DNA of 47,794 nt. Source: Betaproteobacteria bacterium (lineage in GTDB: Bacteria; Pseudomonadota; Gammaproteobacteria; Burkholderiales; SG8-41). Under the pieces are notes generated by a model, which saw nothing but the letters and a program-made list of their open reading frames with translations, had not been told where the DNA came from and did not search any database. The translations under genes and the position numbers were made by a program. The stretch is taken from the NCBI GenBank assembly GCA_016192835.1, contig JACPTJ010000107.1, forward strand, positions 1 to 47,794, given 5' to 3'. Of this stretch, positions 35,695-44,408 are shown piece by piece (position 1 is the first letter of the stretch; every line of letters begins with the position of its first letter).

Positions 35695-35757
35695 GTTTTT
35701 TGGTGAAACCGGGAAAAGTAAAGTCCGCATTGCGACAAGCTGAAGACGGGCATAAGA

Positions 35758-37131
35758 ATGAAAACAAAGCCTATTGCGATCTCGCCCCTGATGCGGAAAC
35801 TGAGTACCTATATCAGCACGGCGCTCAAGAAGCCCTTGCCTCCGGAAGTTGCGGAGCGGGCGAAGATTCATTTGCTGGACACGCTATCAGCCATCATCTC
35901 CGGTTCGCGGCTGCCGCCGGGGACCAGCGCCATTGAATACGTCAAAGGGCAGGGCGGTAAACCTGAAGCGACGGTATTTGGCACGCGCATCGTCACGACG
36001 GCGCAGAACGCAGCGTTGGCAAACGGCATGTTCGGGCATGCCGATGAGACTGACGATACGCATCCGCCTTCACGCACCCACCCGGGTACAGGCATCGTGC
36101 CGGCCGTGTTCTCGATCGGCGAGCGCAACGGCTTGCCCGGTATTCGGGTTCTGCGAGCCCTTGTACTGGGCTACGACATCTGTGCGAGGATGCTGCTTTC
36201 TTTCGATGAGCAGGTTTTCCGAAAATCGGGCCATTGCGCGAGCTCTTTCGGCCAGGTTTTCGGCGCGGCCGCGGCAGTCGGCGCGCTGCTCCGGCTCGAT
36301 GAACGGAAAATTCGGTACGCGTTGGCTTATGCCGGAGAGCAGGCGAGCGGCTTGTCTCTGATGCTGCGAGACAGCGAGCACATGGAGAAAGCATTCGGCA
36401 TGGGAGGAATGGGCGCGCGCAACGGGGTTGCCGCAGCGCTGATGGCATCTTCCGGGTTCAGCGCGGTCGAAGACATTTTTTCGGGGGAACACGACTTTTT
36501 CCAGACTTTTGCACCCACAGCGAATCGCAACCTTCTCGTGCAACGTCTCGGGATCAACTACGAAATACTGCGATGTGGAATCAAACGCTGGCCGGCGGGC
36601 GGGCCAATTCAGGGCCCGCTGCATGTCCTGAACGACCTGCTGAAGAAATATGAACTCCGGGCGAGCGACATCGAGAAAATGACAGTGCACATGCCTGACA
36701 CTGAATTTCAGATCGTAAATAACCGCCAAATGCCGAACATCTGCGTGCAGCACATGCTGGCGCTGCTCGCCGTGGATGGCGAGGTCACGTTTCATTCGGC
36801 GCACGACCATGAACGCATGCACGATCCCGCACTATTGGCCTTTCGCAAGCGTATGCAGATCGTTCCGGATCCGTCGCTGAGGGACAAGCTGCGCCGCTGG
36901 CGGTGCGTCATGCACATCGAGATGAGCGGCGGCCGGAAGGTTTCGCACAAGACGATGGGCGCCAAAGGAAGCTTCGTAAATCCTTTGACCCGGACGGAAG
37001 AAGAAGAAAAGTGCCTCGACCTGATCGTGCCTGTCCTGGGTACGGGCCGCGCGAAGAAGCTGATCAAGGCGGTGTGGGACTTCGACCGTATACCGAATGT
37101 CTGCTCCATGCGTCCATTGCTGCAGGCATGA
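35758..37131 (+). CDS. MmgE/PrpD family protein, paralog 2
   Basis: 457 aa with 'LPPEVAERAKIHLLDTLSAIISG' and 'ALANGMFGHADETDDTHPPSRTHPG'. Confidence 0.88.
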   Translation: MKTKPIAISPLMRKLSTYISTALKKPLPPEVAERAKIHLLDTLSAIISGSRLPPGTSAIEYVKGQGGKPEATVFGTRIVTTAQNAALANGMFGHADETDDTHPPSRTHPGTGIVPAVFSIGERNGLPGIRVLRALVLGYDICARMLLSFDEQVFRKSGHCASSFGQVFGAAAAVGALLRLDERKIRYALAYAGEQASGLSLMLRDSEHMEKAFGMGGMGARNGVAAALMASSGFSAVEDIFSGEHDFFQTFAPTANRNLLVQRLGINYEILRCGIKRWPAGGPIQGPLHVLNDLLKKYELRASDIEKMTVHMPDTEFQIVNNRQMPNICVQHMLALLAVDGEVTFHSAHDHERMHDPALLAFRKRMQIVPDPSLRDKLRRWRCVMHIEMSGGRKVSHKTMGAKGSFVNPLTRTEEEEKCLDLIVPVLGTGRAKKLIKAVWDFDRIPNVCSMRPLLQA

Positions 37132-37159
37132 GGGCCTCCGGCGGACCTGGCCTATCCCT

Positions 37160-37174
37160 CGCGTGAGTCACGCG
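37160..37174. promoter_or_regulatory. 15-bp palindrome between two MmgE/PrpD genes
   Basis: CGCGTGA-G-TCACGCG (7-bp arms), 29 nt after the stop at 37131 and 17 nt before the ATG at 37191. Confidence 0.3.
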
Positions 37175-37190
37175 GCGTCGAAGTGGTGGA

Positions 37191-38558
37191 ATGGAGTCTT
37201 TTCAGATGGATAATACGACGGCGTACCTAGTTGATTACGCCATGGATATCGCCTACGAGCGCTTGAGCCAAGCTTCCATCGAAGCAAGCAAGGCGCGAGT
37301 GCTGGACACGCTGGGTTGCGCATTCGGAGCGTACCGCGGTGAGACGAGCATGGCGGCTCGCGATTTCGCACATAACCACTCCGGAAAATGGGCGGCGAGC
37401 GTGCTCGGCAGCGCCCAGCGCACCACCGCCGATATGGCGGCTTTTGCCAACGGCGTGATGATGCGCTACCTCGACATGAACGATATGTACAGGGACAAAA
37501 GCGGAGGGCATCCGAGCGACGTGATCGCCGCGATACTTGCCGTTGGGGAGGCGGTGCACGCTGACGGACGGTCGTTCATCGCCGCTGTCGCGATCGGCTA
37601 TGAGATTTATTGCAGCTTCTGCGAATCGGTCGACATCAACACGAAAGGCTGGGATCAACCCGTATATGGCGTTCTCGCCGCCGCGATCGCCTGCGGCAAG
37701 CTGTTCGGCCTCTCACGGGACCAAATGAGTCACGCGGTCTCTCTCGCTCTCGTGCCGAACATGGCGCTCATGCAAACGAGACGCGGCGAGCTTTCGAGTT
37801 GGAAAGGCTGCGCTGCCGCGAACGCGTCCAGAAACGGCGTTTTCGCAGCGCTGCTCGCTCACGGCGGATTCACCGGACCGGGCGAGATCTTCGAGGGCCG
37901 CAACGGCTTGTGGCACATCGTCGGCAAATTCGATTGGGGGCCGCTGGACGCGACGAAGAGTCCGGACAGAGTCACGAACACGCACCTCAAGTGCTTTCCG
38001 CTGGGCTATCACGGTCAGTCGGCAGCCTGGGCCGCTCTCGAGATTCGCGACCGCATACCGATTGATCAGATAGCGGAGATCAAGATCGAAACCTATCGAG
38101 AGGCGGTCGACATGATGGGCAGCGACCCGTCCAAATGGACGCCGAAGACGCGTGAGACCGCAGACCATAGCCTGCCTTACGTCGTCGCAACGGTACTGCT
38201 CGACGGCGACATCGGGGACGAGTCTTTTTCGGCGGAGAAACTGAAGGACGAGCGCACCCTTGGCGTCATGAGCAAGATACACGTTTTCGAGGACACGGCG
38301 CTTTCCGCTCAATACCCCGAAGCGTCGCCGTGTCGTCTCTCGATCCGCACTACCGAAGGCCGCGTGGTGGACGTATGCGTCCAATACCCGAAAGGGCATG
38401 CCCGAAATGCGCTCGATCGCGCCGGCATAGAAAGCAAGTTTCGCAAGATGAGCCGGTCATGCATAGACGAAACGCGTGCGACTGCGATCATCGACCGCAT
38501 CGCGACGCTCGACCGCGCGTCAGACGTTGGCGACCTCCTGAAGCTTGCTGTATTCTAA
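37191..38558 (+). CDS. MmgE/PrpD family protein, paralog 3
   Basis: 455 aa with 'LSQASIEASKARVLDTLGCAFGAY', 'FANGVMMRYLDMNDMY..GGHPSD' and 'TADHSLPYVVA'. Confidence 0.88.
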   Translation: MESFQMDNTTAYLVDYAMDIAYERLSQASIEASKARVLDTLGCAFGAYRGETSMAARDFAHNHSGKWAASVLGSAQRTTADMAAFANGVMMRYLDMNDMYRDKSGGHPSDVIAAILAVGEAVHADGRSFIAAVAIGYEIYCSFCESVDINTKGWDQPVYGVLAAAIACGKLFGLSRDQMSHAVSLALVPNMALMQTRRGELSSWKGCAAANASRNGVFAALLAHGGFTGPGEIFEGRNGLWHIVGKFDWGPLDATKSPDRVTNTHLKCFPLGYHGQSAAWAALEIRDRIPIDQIAEIKIETYREAVDMMGSDPSKWTPKTRETADHSLPYVVATVLLDGDIGDESFSAEKLKDERTLGVMSKIHVFEDTALSAQYPEASPCRLSIRTTEGRVVDVCVQYPKGHARNALDRAGIESKFRKMSRSCIDETRATAIIDRIATLDRASDVGDLLKLAVF

Positions 38559-38584
38559 GCCTGAACCAGAAAAGGAAAGAGGTT

Positions 38585-39547
38585 ATGAAGCTCGTTGTAA
38601 TTGTCGCTGCAGCGGTCACCCTGGCGATTCTCGGCAACGCCCTCTGGGCTCAAAGCTTTCCTGTCAGGCCCATACGCATCGTCGTGGGCTTCCCCCCGGG
38701 CGGCGGAGTCGACGTTCTGGCTCGCATACTGGGGCCGAAGATGAGCGAGAGCCTTGGCCAGCCCGTCGTCGTCGACAACAGGGTTGGTGCGGGAGGCACG
38801 ATCGCCTCGGACGTGGTCGCAAGGGCAACGCCTGACGGCCACACGATCCTGATCGTGTCGGCGAGCCATGCCGTGACTGCCAGTATGTACAAGAAGCTGA
38901 CGTATGACCCTGTCAAAGACTTTAAGGCGATTTCGCTCGTCGCCTCTTCGCCGAATGTGCTGCTGTCGAACGTGGATTTCCCCGCGCAGTCCGTCAACGA
39001 GCTCATCAAAATGGCGCGCGCGAACCCGGGCAGCATCAACTATGCATCGGGTGGCATCGGCACGACCGGACACTTGTCCGCCGAGTTATTGAGCCTGCTG
39101 GCGGGCATGCAACTGATCCATGTTCCATATAAGGGTAACCCGCTCGCGCTTGTGGATCTGATGGCCGGTCGGGTGCAATTGATGTTCACGACTGTTCCCA
39201 CGGCGCTGCCTCAGATCAAGGCTGGCCGGGTGAGGGCGATCGCCGTGACGTCAGCAAAGCGCTTCGTGACGCTGTCAGACACACCCACTGTCGCCGAGGC
39301 GGTGCAAGGTTACGAGTCGGCTAACTGGTTCGGTGTGCTGGCGCCGAATGGAACGCCTCTGGCCATAGTGAGCAAGCTCCACGCCGAAATGGCAAAGGCA
39401 CTCGCCAACAAAGAGGTCGCGGACTCGATCTGGCGGCAGGGAGCGGAACCGCTGAGCAGCACACCGGGCGAGTTCGAGGCTTATCTGAAATCCGAAATCG
39501 CAAAGTGGACGAGAACGGTCGACAGAGCCGGCATACGCATGGAGTAG
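38585..39547 (+). CDS. Bug/TctC family periplasmic solute receptor
   Basis: ATG 38585 follows AAAGGAAAGAGG. 'MKLVVIVAAAVTLAILGNALWA' is followed by 'QSFPVRPIRIVVGFPPGGGVD'. The track ORF start 38330 overlaps the previous gene. Confidence 0.88.
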   Translation: MKLVVIVAAAVTLAILGNALWAQSFPVRPIRIVVGFPPGGGVDVLARILGPKMSESLGQPVVVDNRVGAGGTIASDVVARATPDGHTILIVSASHAVTASMYKKLTYDPVKDFKAISLVASSPNVLLSNVDFPAQSVNELIKMARANPGSINYASGGIGTTGHLSAELLSLLAGMQLIHVPYKGNPLALVDLMAGRVQLMFTTVPTALPQIKAGRVRAIAVTSAKRFVTLSDTPTVAEAVQGYESANWFGVLAPNGTPLAIVSKLHAEMAKALANKEVADSIWRQGAEPLSSTPGEFEAYLKSEIAKWTRTVDRAGIRME

Positions 39548-39908
39548 CGAACGGCTTTCAGGTGAGTACCATCCGCTGCTTGAGGCACGGCCGATCCGCC
39601 CTTGATCGCCTCGACGAGGGACGGTTTAGCTGCATACGCCACGAGCTCGTGCACTGAATTGACGGGGACCAACGGATGGCGTCATTGACCAGGATGCGCA
39701 GGACTTCGCCCGCGCGGTCCAGACCGTTGGCCAGCAAGGCCGGAGAAGCGGCGTCCAGAGGATGATGTTCTAGGCGTTTTCCCATACTGTCGACTTCGTT
39801 GTGGGAATACGTGAAAATGCCCGAACAAAATCGCCTTCAGAGGTGGCCTGCCGGGAGCGCGGCGAGCCAAACTAATAAGTTCGGATTTACTCATTCAGAA
39901 AGTGGCCC

Positions 39909-41273
39909 ATGACGGATACGACGATCGCGCGGATCGCAGACTTCGCGAACACGTTACAGTTTTCTGACATACCCGTACACGTATCACATGACTGCAAGAG
40001 GCGGCTGATAGACACTTTCGCTTGCGGTCTCGCTGCACACTATCAGCTGCCTTGTGGTATTGCGCGGAGCGTTGCGCTGCGCGTGAAGGTGCCAAATGGA
40101 TCGTATGTCTTGGGTACCGCGCTCAAAACTCTGCCGGAACTCGCGGCGTTCGCTAACGGTGTAATGGTGCGCTATCTGGACGGTAATGATGCCTATCCAG
40201 GTGGGGGAGGGCATCCGAGCGACGTGATCCCCGCTGTGCTGGCCGCAGCAAATATCAATAAGAGGTCCGGGAAGGATGTAATAACCGCCGTGACACTTGC
40301 GTACGAGGTCTTTTATAACTTTCGTCAGGCCGCCTGCATGCGTGACCGCGGCATGGATCATGTTTTCTATACTGCTGTTGGTAGTGCAATCGGCGCCGCG
40401 AGACTGATGTCACTAAGCCGGGAACAACTGGCGAACGCCATTTCGCTCGCAATTACTCCCAATATTGCTCTGCACGCGACACGGCGTGGACATCTCTCTA
40501 TGTGGAAAGGATGCGCGGCTGCGAATGCGGCTCGCAACGGCACATTCGCCGCCGTCCTTGCCGCCCAGGGCATGACTGGCCCCGACCATGCAATCGAAGG
40601 GTCACATGGGTTGCGAGAATTGGTAGGTAGCTTTGAATTTCCACCGTTGCCTGGTCCTGGGCGGCCATTTAAGCTTCCCGAAGCTCAAATGAAGTACTTC
40701 CTTTCAGAATCCCATTCGCATGCCCCCATCACTGCGGCGCTAGAACTGCATCGTCAGGTAACGGCCGATGACATCAAAGACATCACGATTTACACCTATT
40801 GGTTCGCGTGGAGCGAAATCGGCAGTGAAAGGGAGAAATGGCGGCCTGCCACTCGGGAAACCGCTGACCATAGTCTGCCGTACATCGTGGCTGCGGTGCT
40901 GTTAGATGGTCATTTTGGTGATGAAATATTCTCCGATGAGCGATTGCAGGATGAAAAGATTCATCGACTCGCTGATAAGATAATCGTCAAAGAGGATCCG
41001 GAATTATCGCGGCAATTTCCGGAAAAGTATCCCTGTCGGATTGAAATAACCACAAGAAGTGGAAATACGATAACAGCCAGCGTCGAGTATCCACGCGGTC
41101 ATCATAAGAATCCGATGACAGACGAGGAAGTAAGTGACAAATTCCGAAGCCTCGCTGGCCGAGTTCTACCCAAAAAACAAGTAGAGCAGGCGCTTACCTT
41201 GCTGTGGAAGATCGAAGAGGCATCCGATCTCGAACCGCTGTTTGAAATGGTGAACATCGACCGAAATACATGA
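39909..41273 (+). CDS. MmgE/PrpD family protein, paralog 4 (closest to paralog 3)
   Basis: 454 aa with 'FANGVMVRYLDGNDAYPGGGGHPSD' and 'TADHSLPYIVAAVLLDG'. It is visibly AT-richer than its neighbours in the 3' half. Confidence 0.88.
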   Translation: MTDTTIARIADFANTLQFSDIPVHVSHDCKRRLIDTFACGLAAHYQLPCGIARSVALRVKVPNGSYVLGTALKTLPELAAFANGVMVRYLDGNDAYPGGGGHPSDVIPAVLAAANINKRSGKDVITAVTLAYEVFYNFRQAACMRDRGMDHVFYTAVGSAIGAARLMSLSREQLANAISLAITPNIALHATRRGHLSMWKGCAAANAARNGTFAAVLAAQGMTGPDHAIEGSHGLRELVGSFEFPPLPGPGRPFKLPEAQMKYFLSESHSHAPITAALELHRQVTADDIKDITIYTYWFAWSEIGSEREKWRPATRETADHSLPYIVAAVLLDGHFGDEIFSDERLQDEKIHRLADKIIVKEDPELSRQFPEKYPCRIEITTRSGNTITASVEYPRGHHKNPMTDEEVSDKFRSLAGRVLPKKQVEQALTLLWKIEEASDLEPLFEMVNIDRNT

Positions 41274-41340
41274 ATGGCTAACCGCCCGCAGACTGGCCTA
41301 GCGCTCCTGCTGAACCAATAGCGGCAGGTGCCGCTGGCGC

Positions 41341-41793
41341 CACGCCGGGTTCTCGGCGCATCACGAGGTGAGCGTGACAGCCGAGGATGTCGAGGGGAGA
41401 AAGAAACTCGCCGGCTACATGCTGCGCGCTCCGATGTCCCTGGAGAAGTTGAGCTACGACGCGGCCACGGGCACGGTGATCTATCGCTCGAAGATGCATG
41501 CCGGCCTCAAGCGCAACTTCCAAGTCATGCCGGGCGTCGCGTGGTTGACGTTGCTCTGCGAACACATTCCCGACCGCTACGTGCGCCTGGTGCGTTATAT
41601 GGGGGTGTTACTCGAACCGCGCCCGGGGCGAGCGGGCAAAAACAGTTTTCACGCAAGCCGGTGCCGAGCGTGGAGCCGGCGACGGAATTTACGGCTCGCG
41701 CAAAAGCCGCTTGGGCGCGGCGCATTCGAAAAAAACGCTTCGGAGCCGCCGGGGTGCGGGAAAGAGCTTGCTTCGCTTTGGTGCCTGGAATAG
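41341..41793 (+). pseudogene. C-terminal fragment of an IS91-family (HUH/Y2) transposase
   Basis: In-frame 'HAGFSAHHEVSVTAEDVEGRKKLAGYMLRAPMSLEKLSYD...YRSK...LLCEHIPDRYVRLVRYMGVL' matches IS91-family C-terminal regions. There is no N-terminal or catalytic part. Confidence 0.7.
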
Positions 41794-41861
41794 ATTACTC
41801 GGTAATTTGGCATAGCATCAAAGAAACAATTCCAAGTTCGTGAAATCAGAGGAGGCGAAAA

Positions 41862-42839
41862 ATGTCCCGCCCGTCGTGCTGTTTTTCTGCTGCTGCATTG
41901 GTGGCTTTGGCAGGTTGGCCTTCCATAGCCGGTTCGCAGCAGTTTCCGGAAAGACCCGTTCGGATGATCGTGCCTTACCCGCCCGGCGGCGGTTCCGATC
42001 TGGTTGCGCGACTGATCGGCAAGGAACTCGCCGAAAAATGGGGCAAGTCCGTCATCATCGACAACAGGCCGGGCGGTGACGGGGCAATAGGCGCCGGCAT
42101 CGCCAGCACCACGCCCGCCGATGGGCATACGCTGCTCCAGATCATCCTGACGCATGCCGTGCTGCCCAGTATGAAGGATAGCCTGCCCTACGACCTGCTC
42201 CGGGACTTTGCGCCGATAACCCGCACGATGGATACCCCGAACCTCGTCGTGGTGCATCCTTCGCTGCCCGTGAATTCGATCAAGGAGCTAGTTGCGCTGG
42301 CGAAGCAGCAACCGGGCAAGGTGAACTACGCGATATCGGGCATCGGCGGCCCATCGCATCTCTCGGGCGAATTCTTCAACCAGCTTGCCGGCACGAAAAT
42401 GACGTACATCCCGTACAAAGGCGCGGGGCCGGCGATGATCGATCTGCTCGGTGGGCATGTGAAGCTCGCTTTCCCCACAGTCCCCAGCGGCATTCCGCAC
42501 GTGCGCTCCGGCAAGCTGCGCGCGCTCGCAATCACGAGCGCAACGCGGCTGCCGTTGTTGCCTGCCCTGCCCACCGTCGCAGAGGCGGGCGTCAAGGGAT
42601 ACGAATTTTCCGCGTGGTTTGGATTGGTCACCCGCGCGGGCACACCGCGCAGGGTGGTGGAGCAGCTCAATGCCGATATCACGTCGGTGCTCCACGCCGA
42701 GAATATCAGGACGGTCCTGATCAATGAGGGGGCCCAGGTCTTGAGCGACACCCCCAGGGAATTCACTGCATTCCTCGATGCCGAGCTGAAGCGGTGGGGG
42801 CGTCTGGTTAAGGAGGCAGGCTTGAAAGGCAAGGAATAG
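41862..42839 (+). CDS. Bug/TctC family periplasmic solute receptor
   Basis: AGAGGAGG RBS. 'SQQFPERPVRMIVPYPPGGGSD', 'IDNRPGGDG', 'YAISGIGGPSHL' and 'IPYKGAGPA'. Confidence 0.88.
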   Translation: MSRPSCCFSAAALVALAGWPSIAGSQQFPERPVRMIVPYPPGGGSDLVARLIGKELAEKWGKSVIIDNRPGGDGAIGAGIASTTPADGHTLLQIILTHAVLPSMKDSLPYDLLRDFAPITRTMDTPNLVVVHPSLPVNSIKELVALAKQQPGKVNYAISGIGGPSHLSGEFFNQLAGTKMTYIPYKGAGPAMIDLLGGHVKLAFPTVPSGIPHVRSGKLRALAITSATRLPLLPALPTVAEAGVKGYEFSAWFGLVTRAGTPRRVVEQLNADITSVLHAENIRTVLINEGAQVLSDTPREFTAFLDAELKRWGRLVKEAGLKGKE

Positions 42840-42909
42840 TCCTTCGGCGCCCGAGACACTCGAATTTAGCTATCCAGTTCGATAGAACGCTTAAGAAAAG
42901 GAGAAGGTA

Positions 42910-44061
42910 ATGGGGCAAGCGAAGAACGGCGGCGCATGCGTGACGCTGGCAGGCTGTGGTGACATAGGCACTGGACATACGCCTCCGGAGAGCGCGTTTA
43001 CCCATGTGGCCGACGCGTTGCGCCTAGCCGATTTCCGCTTCGCGCAGTGCGAGAAGTTGTATTCCGAGAAAAAGAACTACCAGGTGCACAGCGGCGCGCT
43101 GAATCTGGAGGCACTCAAGGCGCCGCAGACTGCGGCGGCGTTCAAAACCGTGCCGTTCAACGTCTTGTCGCTGGCCTCCAACCATATCGGAGACTGGGGA
43201 CCCGAGGCCGTCGAAGGCACGGTGGAAACGTTCCGCGCGCTGGGAATCCCCACCATCGGCGCCGGCCGCAACATCGACGAGGCGCGCAAGCCCGTCATTC
43301 TTGAAAAGAATGGCTTGAAGATCGGGTTCCTCGGGTATTGCTCGGTGCTGCTGCCGCAGTTCTGGGCGACGGAAAAACGCGCCGGCGCGGCGCCCCTGCG
43401 GGCGTACACCTATTACGAGCCGTACGAATACCAGCCGGGATCGCCCGCCCGCGTAATCACGGTCCCCGACAAAGACGACCTGGAGTACCTCGTCGAGGAC
43501 GTGCGGAAGCTGAAGCAGATGGTCAACGTCGTGGTCGTGTCCCTGCACTGGGGTCTGCACTATGTCACCCAGCCGCAGGACTACCAGCCTATCGTCGCCC
43601 ACGCCGCGATCGACGCCGGGGCCAGCGTCATACTCGGTCATCACGCCCACCAGCCCCAGGGGATAGAGATCTACAAGGGCGCGATCATCTTCTACAGCAT
43701 CGGCAACTTCGTGTTTCACCGCCGCGGGGGCGGCCCGGCCCCGTGTATGCCTGGCGAGAAATACACGCACAAGGAGATCTACTCGAAGGAGGTGGATCCC
43801 GGGCATTACTACGACTACCGCCGTCACTGGGCCGAAAGCGGCATTCCCTATCTGAAGCTCGACCGCGCCGGCCTGCGCGAAGCGACTTACCTGCCCACCT
43901 TCCTGGATGCGGAAGGGCGGCCGGAAATCCTGACGCTCGACAATCCCCAATTCGAAAAATCGCGCGTGTATCTCGAGTGGCTCGCAAAAGACGTCAACGG
44001 CGGGATCACGAATATTCCGGCCCGCGACGGGCGCTATTGTCTCTACGAGCGGAAGAGCTGA
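42910..44061 (+). CDS. CapA/PGA_cap family metallophosphoesterase-like protein, paralog 2
   Basis: AAAGGAGAAGG RBS. 383 aa with 'SLASNHIGDWG', 'VVVSLHWGLHY', 'ILGHHAHQPQG' and 'YSIGNF'. No signal peptide or anchor. Confidence 0.85.
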   Translation: MGQAKNGGACVTLAGCGDIGTGHTPPESAFTHVADALRLADFRFAQCEKLYSEKKNYQVHSGALNLEALKAPQTAAAFKTVPFNVLSLASNHIGDWGPEAVEGTVETFRALGIPTIGAGRNIDEARKPVILEKNGLKIGFLGYCSVLLPQFWATEKRAGAAPLRAYTYYEPYEYQPGSPARVITVPDKDDLEYLVEDVRKLKQMVNVVVVSLHWGLHYVTQPQDYQPIVAHAAIDAGASVILGHHAHQPQGIEIYKGAIIFYSIGNFVFHRRGGGPAPCMPGEKYTHKEIYSKEVDPGHYYDYRRHWAESGIPYLKLDRAGLREATYLPTFLDAEGRPEILTLDNPQFEKSRVYLEWLAKDVNGGITNIPARDGRYCLYERKS

Positions 44062-44210
44062 AAGCGGCGGGGGCGCGGCTGCACCGCTGCAAAATATTAT
44101 GGCACTACAAAACGATTTGCCGAACCACGTGCAATGAAATCCGGCACTTACGTGCGCTCACCTGCGGTTTTGGGGTGAATCATGTTAAAGATAGGTTAGA
44201 GCGGAGTTAT

Positions 44211-44375
44211 GAACCACTTGCCACGCACCGAGTATTTTCCCTGAGCGTTGCGTAGTATTATTCATTTCGGGCGCCGATGAAGTCTTTGGAACCTCGATCT
44301 TGCCAGCAATGGCCGCCCATCTCTACCCGATTCGGCGGTTAATCCCGCTCAGGCGGGGAGTTTTGCAAGAAGCTC
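44211..44375 (+). repeat. ~165-bp direct repeat, copy A (copy B is at 47240..47402)
   Basis: The 3' 107 nt (GGGCGCCGATGAAG...TTTTGCAAGAAGCTC) differ from copy B at 4 positions (hand count). The 5' ~55 nt are more diverged and contain indels. It ends 33 nt before the Bug ATG at 44409. Confidence 0.85.
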
Positions 44376-44408
44376 CCTTTTGAACACTACTTGACCATTG
44401 GAAATGCG

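Noticed and set aside
44351-44367. Sigma-54-like element AGGCGGGGAGTTTTGCA inside the 165-bp repeat
   Set aside because: The GG and GC dinucleotides are separated by 11 nt rather than the required 10, and the -24 element is GGCG rather than TGGCAC. No enhancer-binding protein is encoded nearby.
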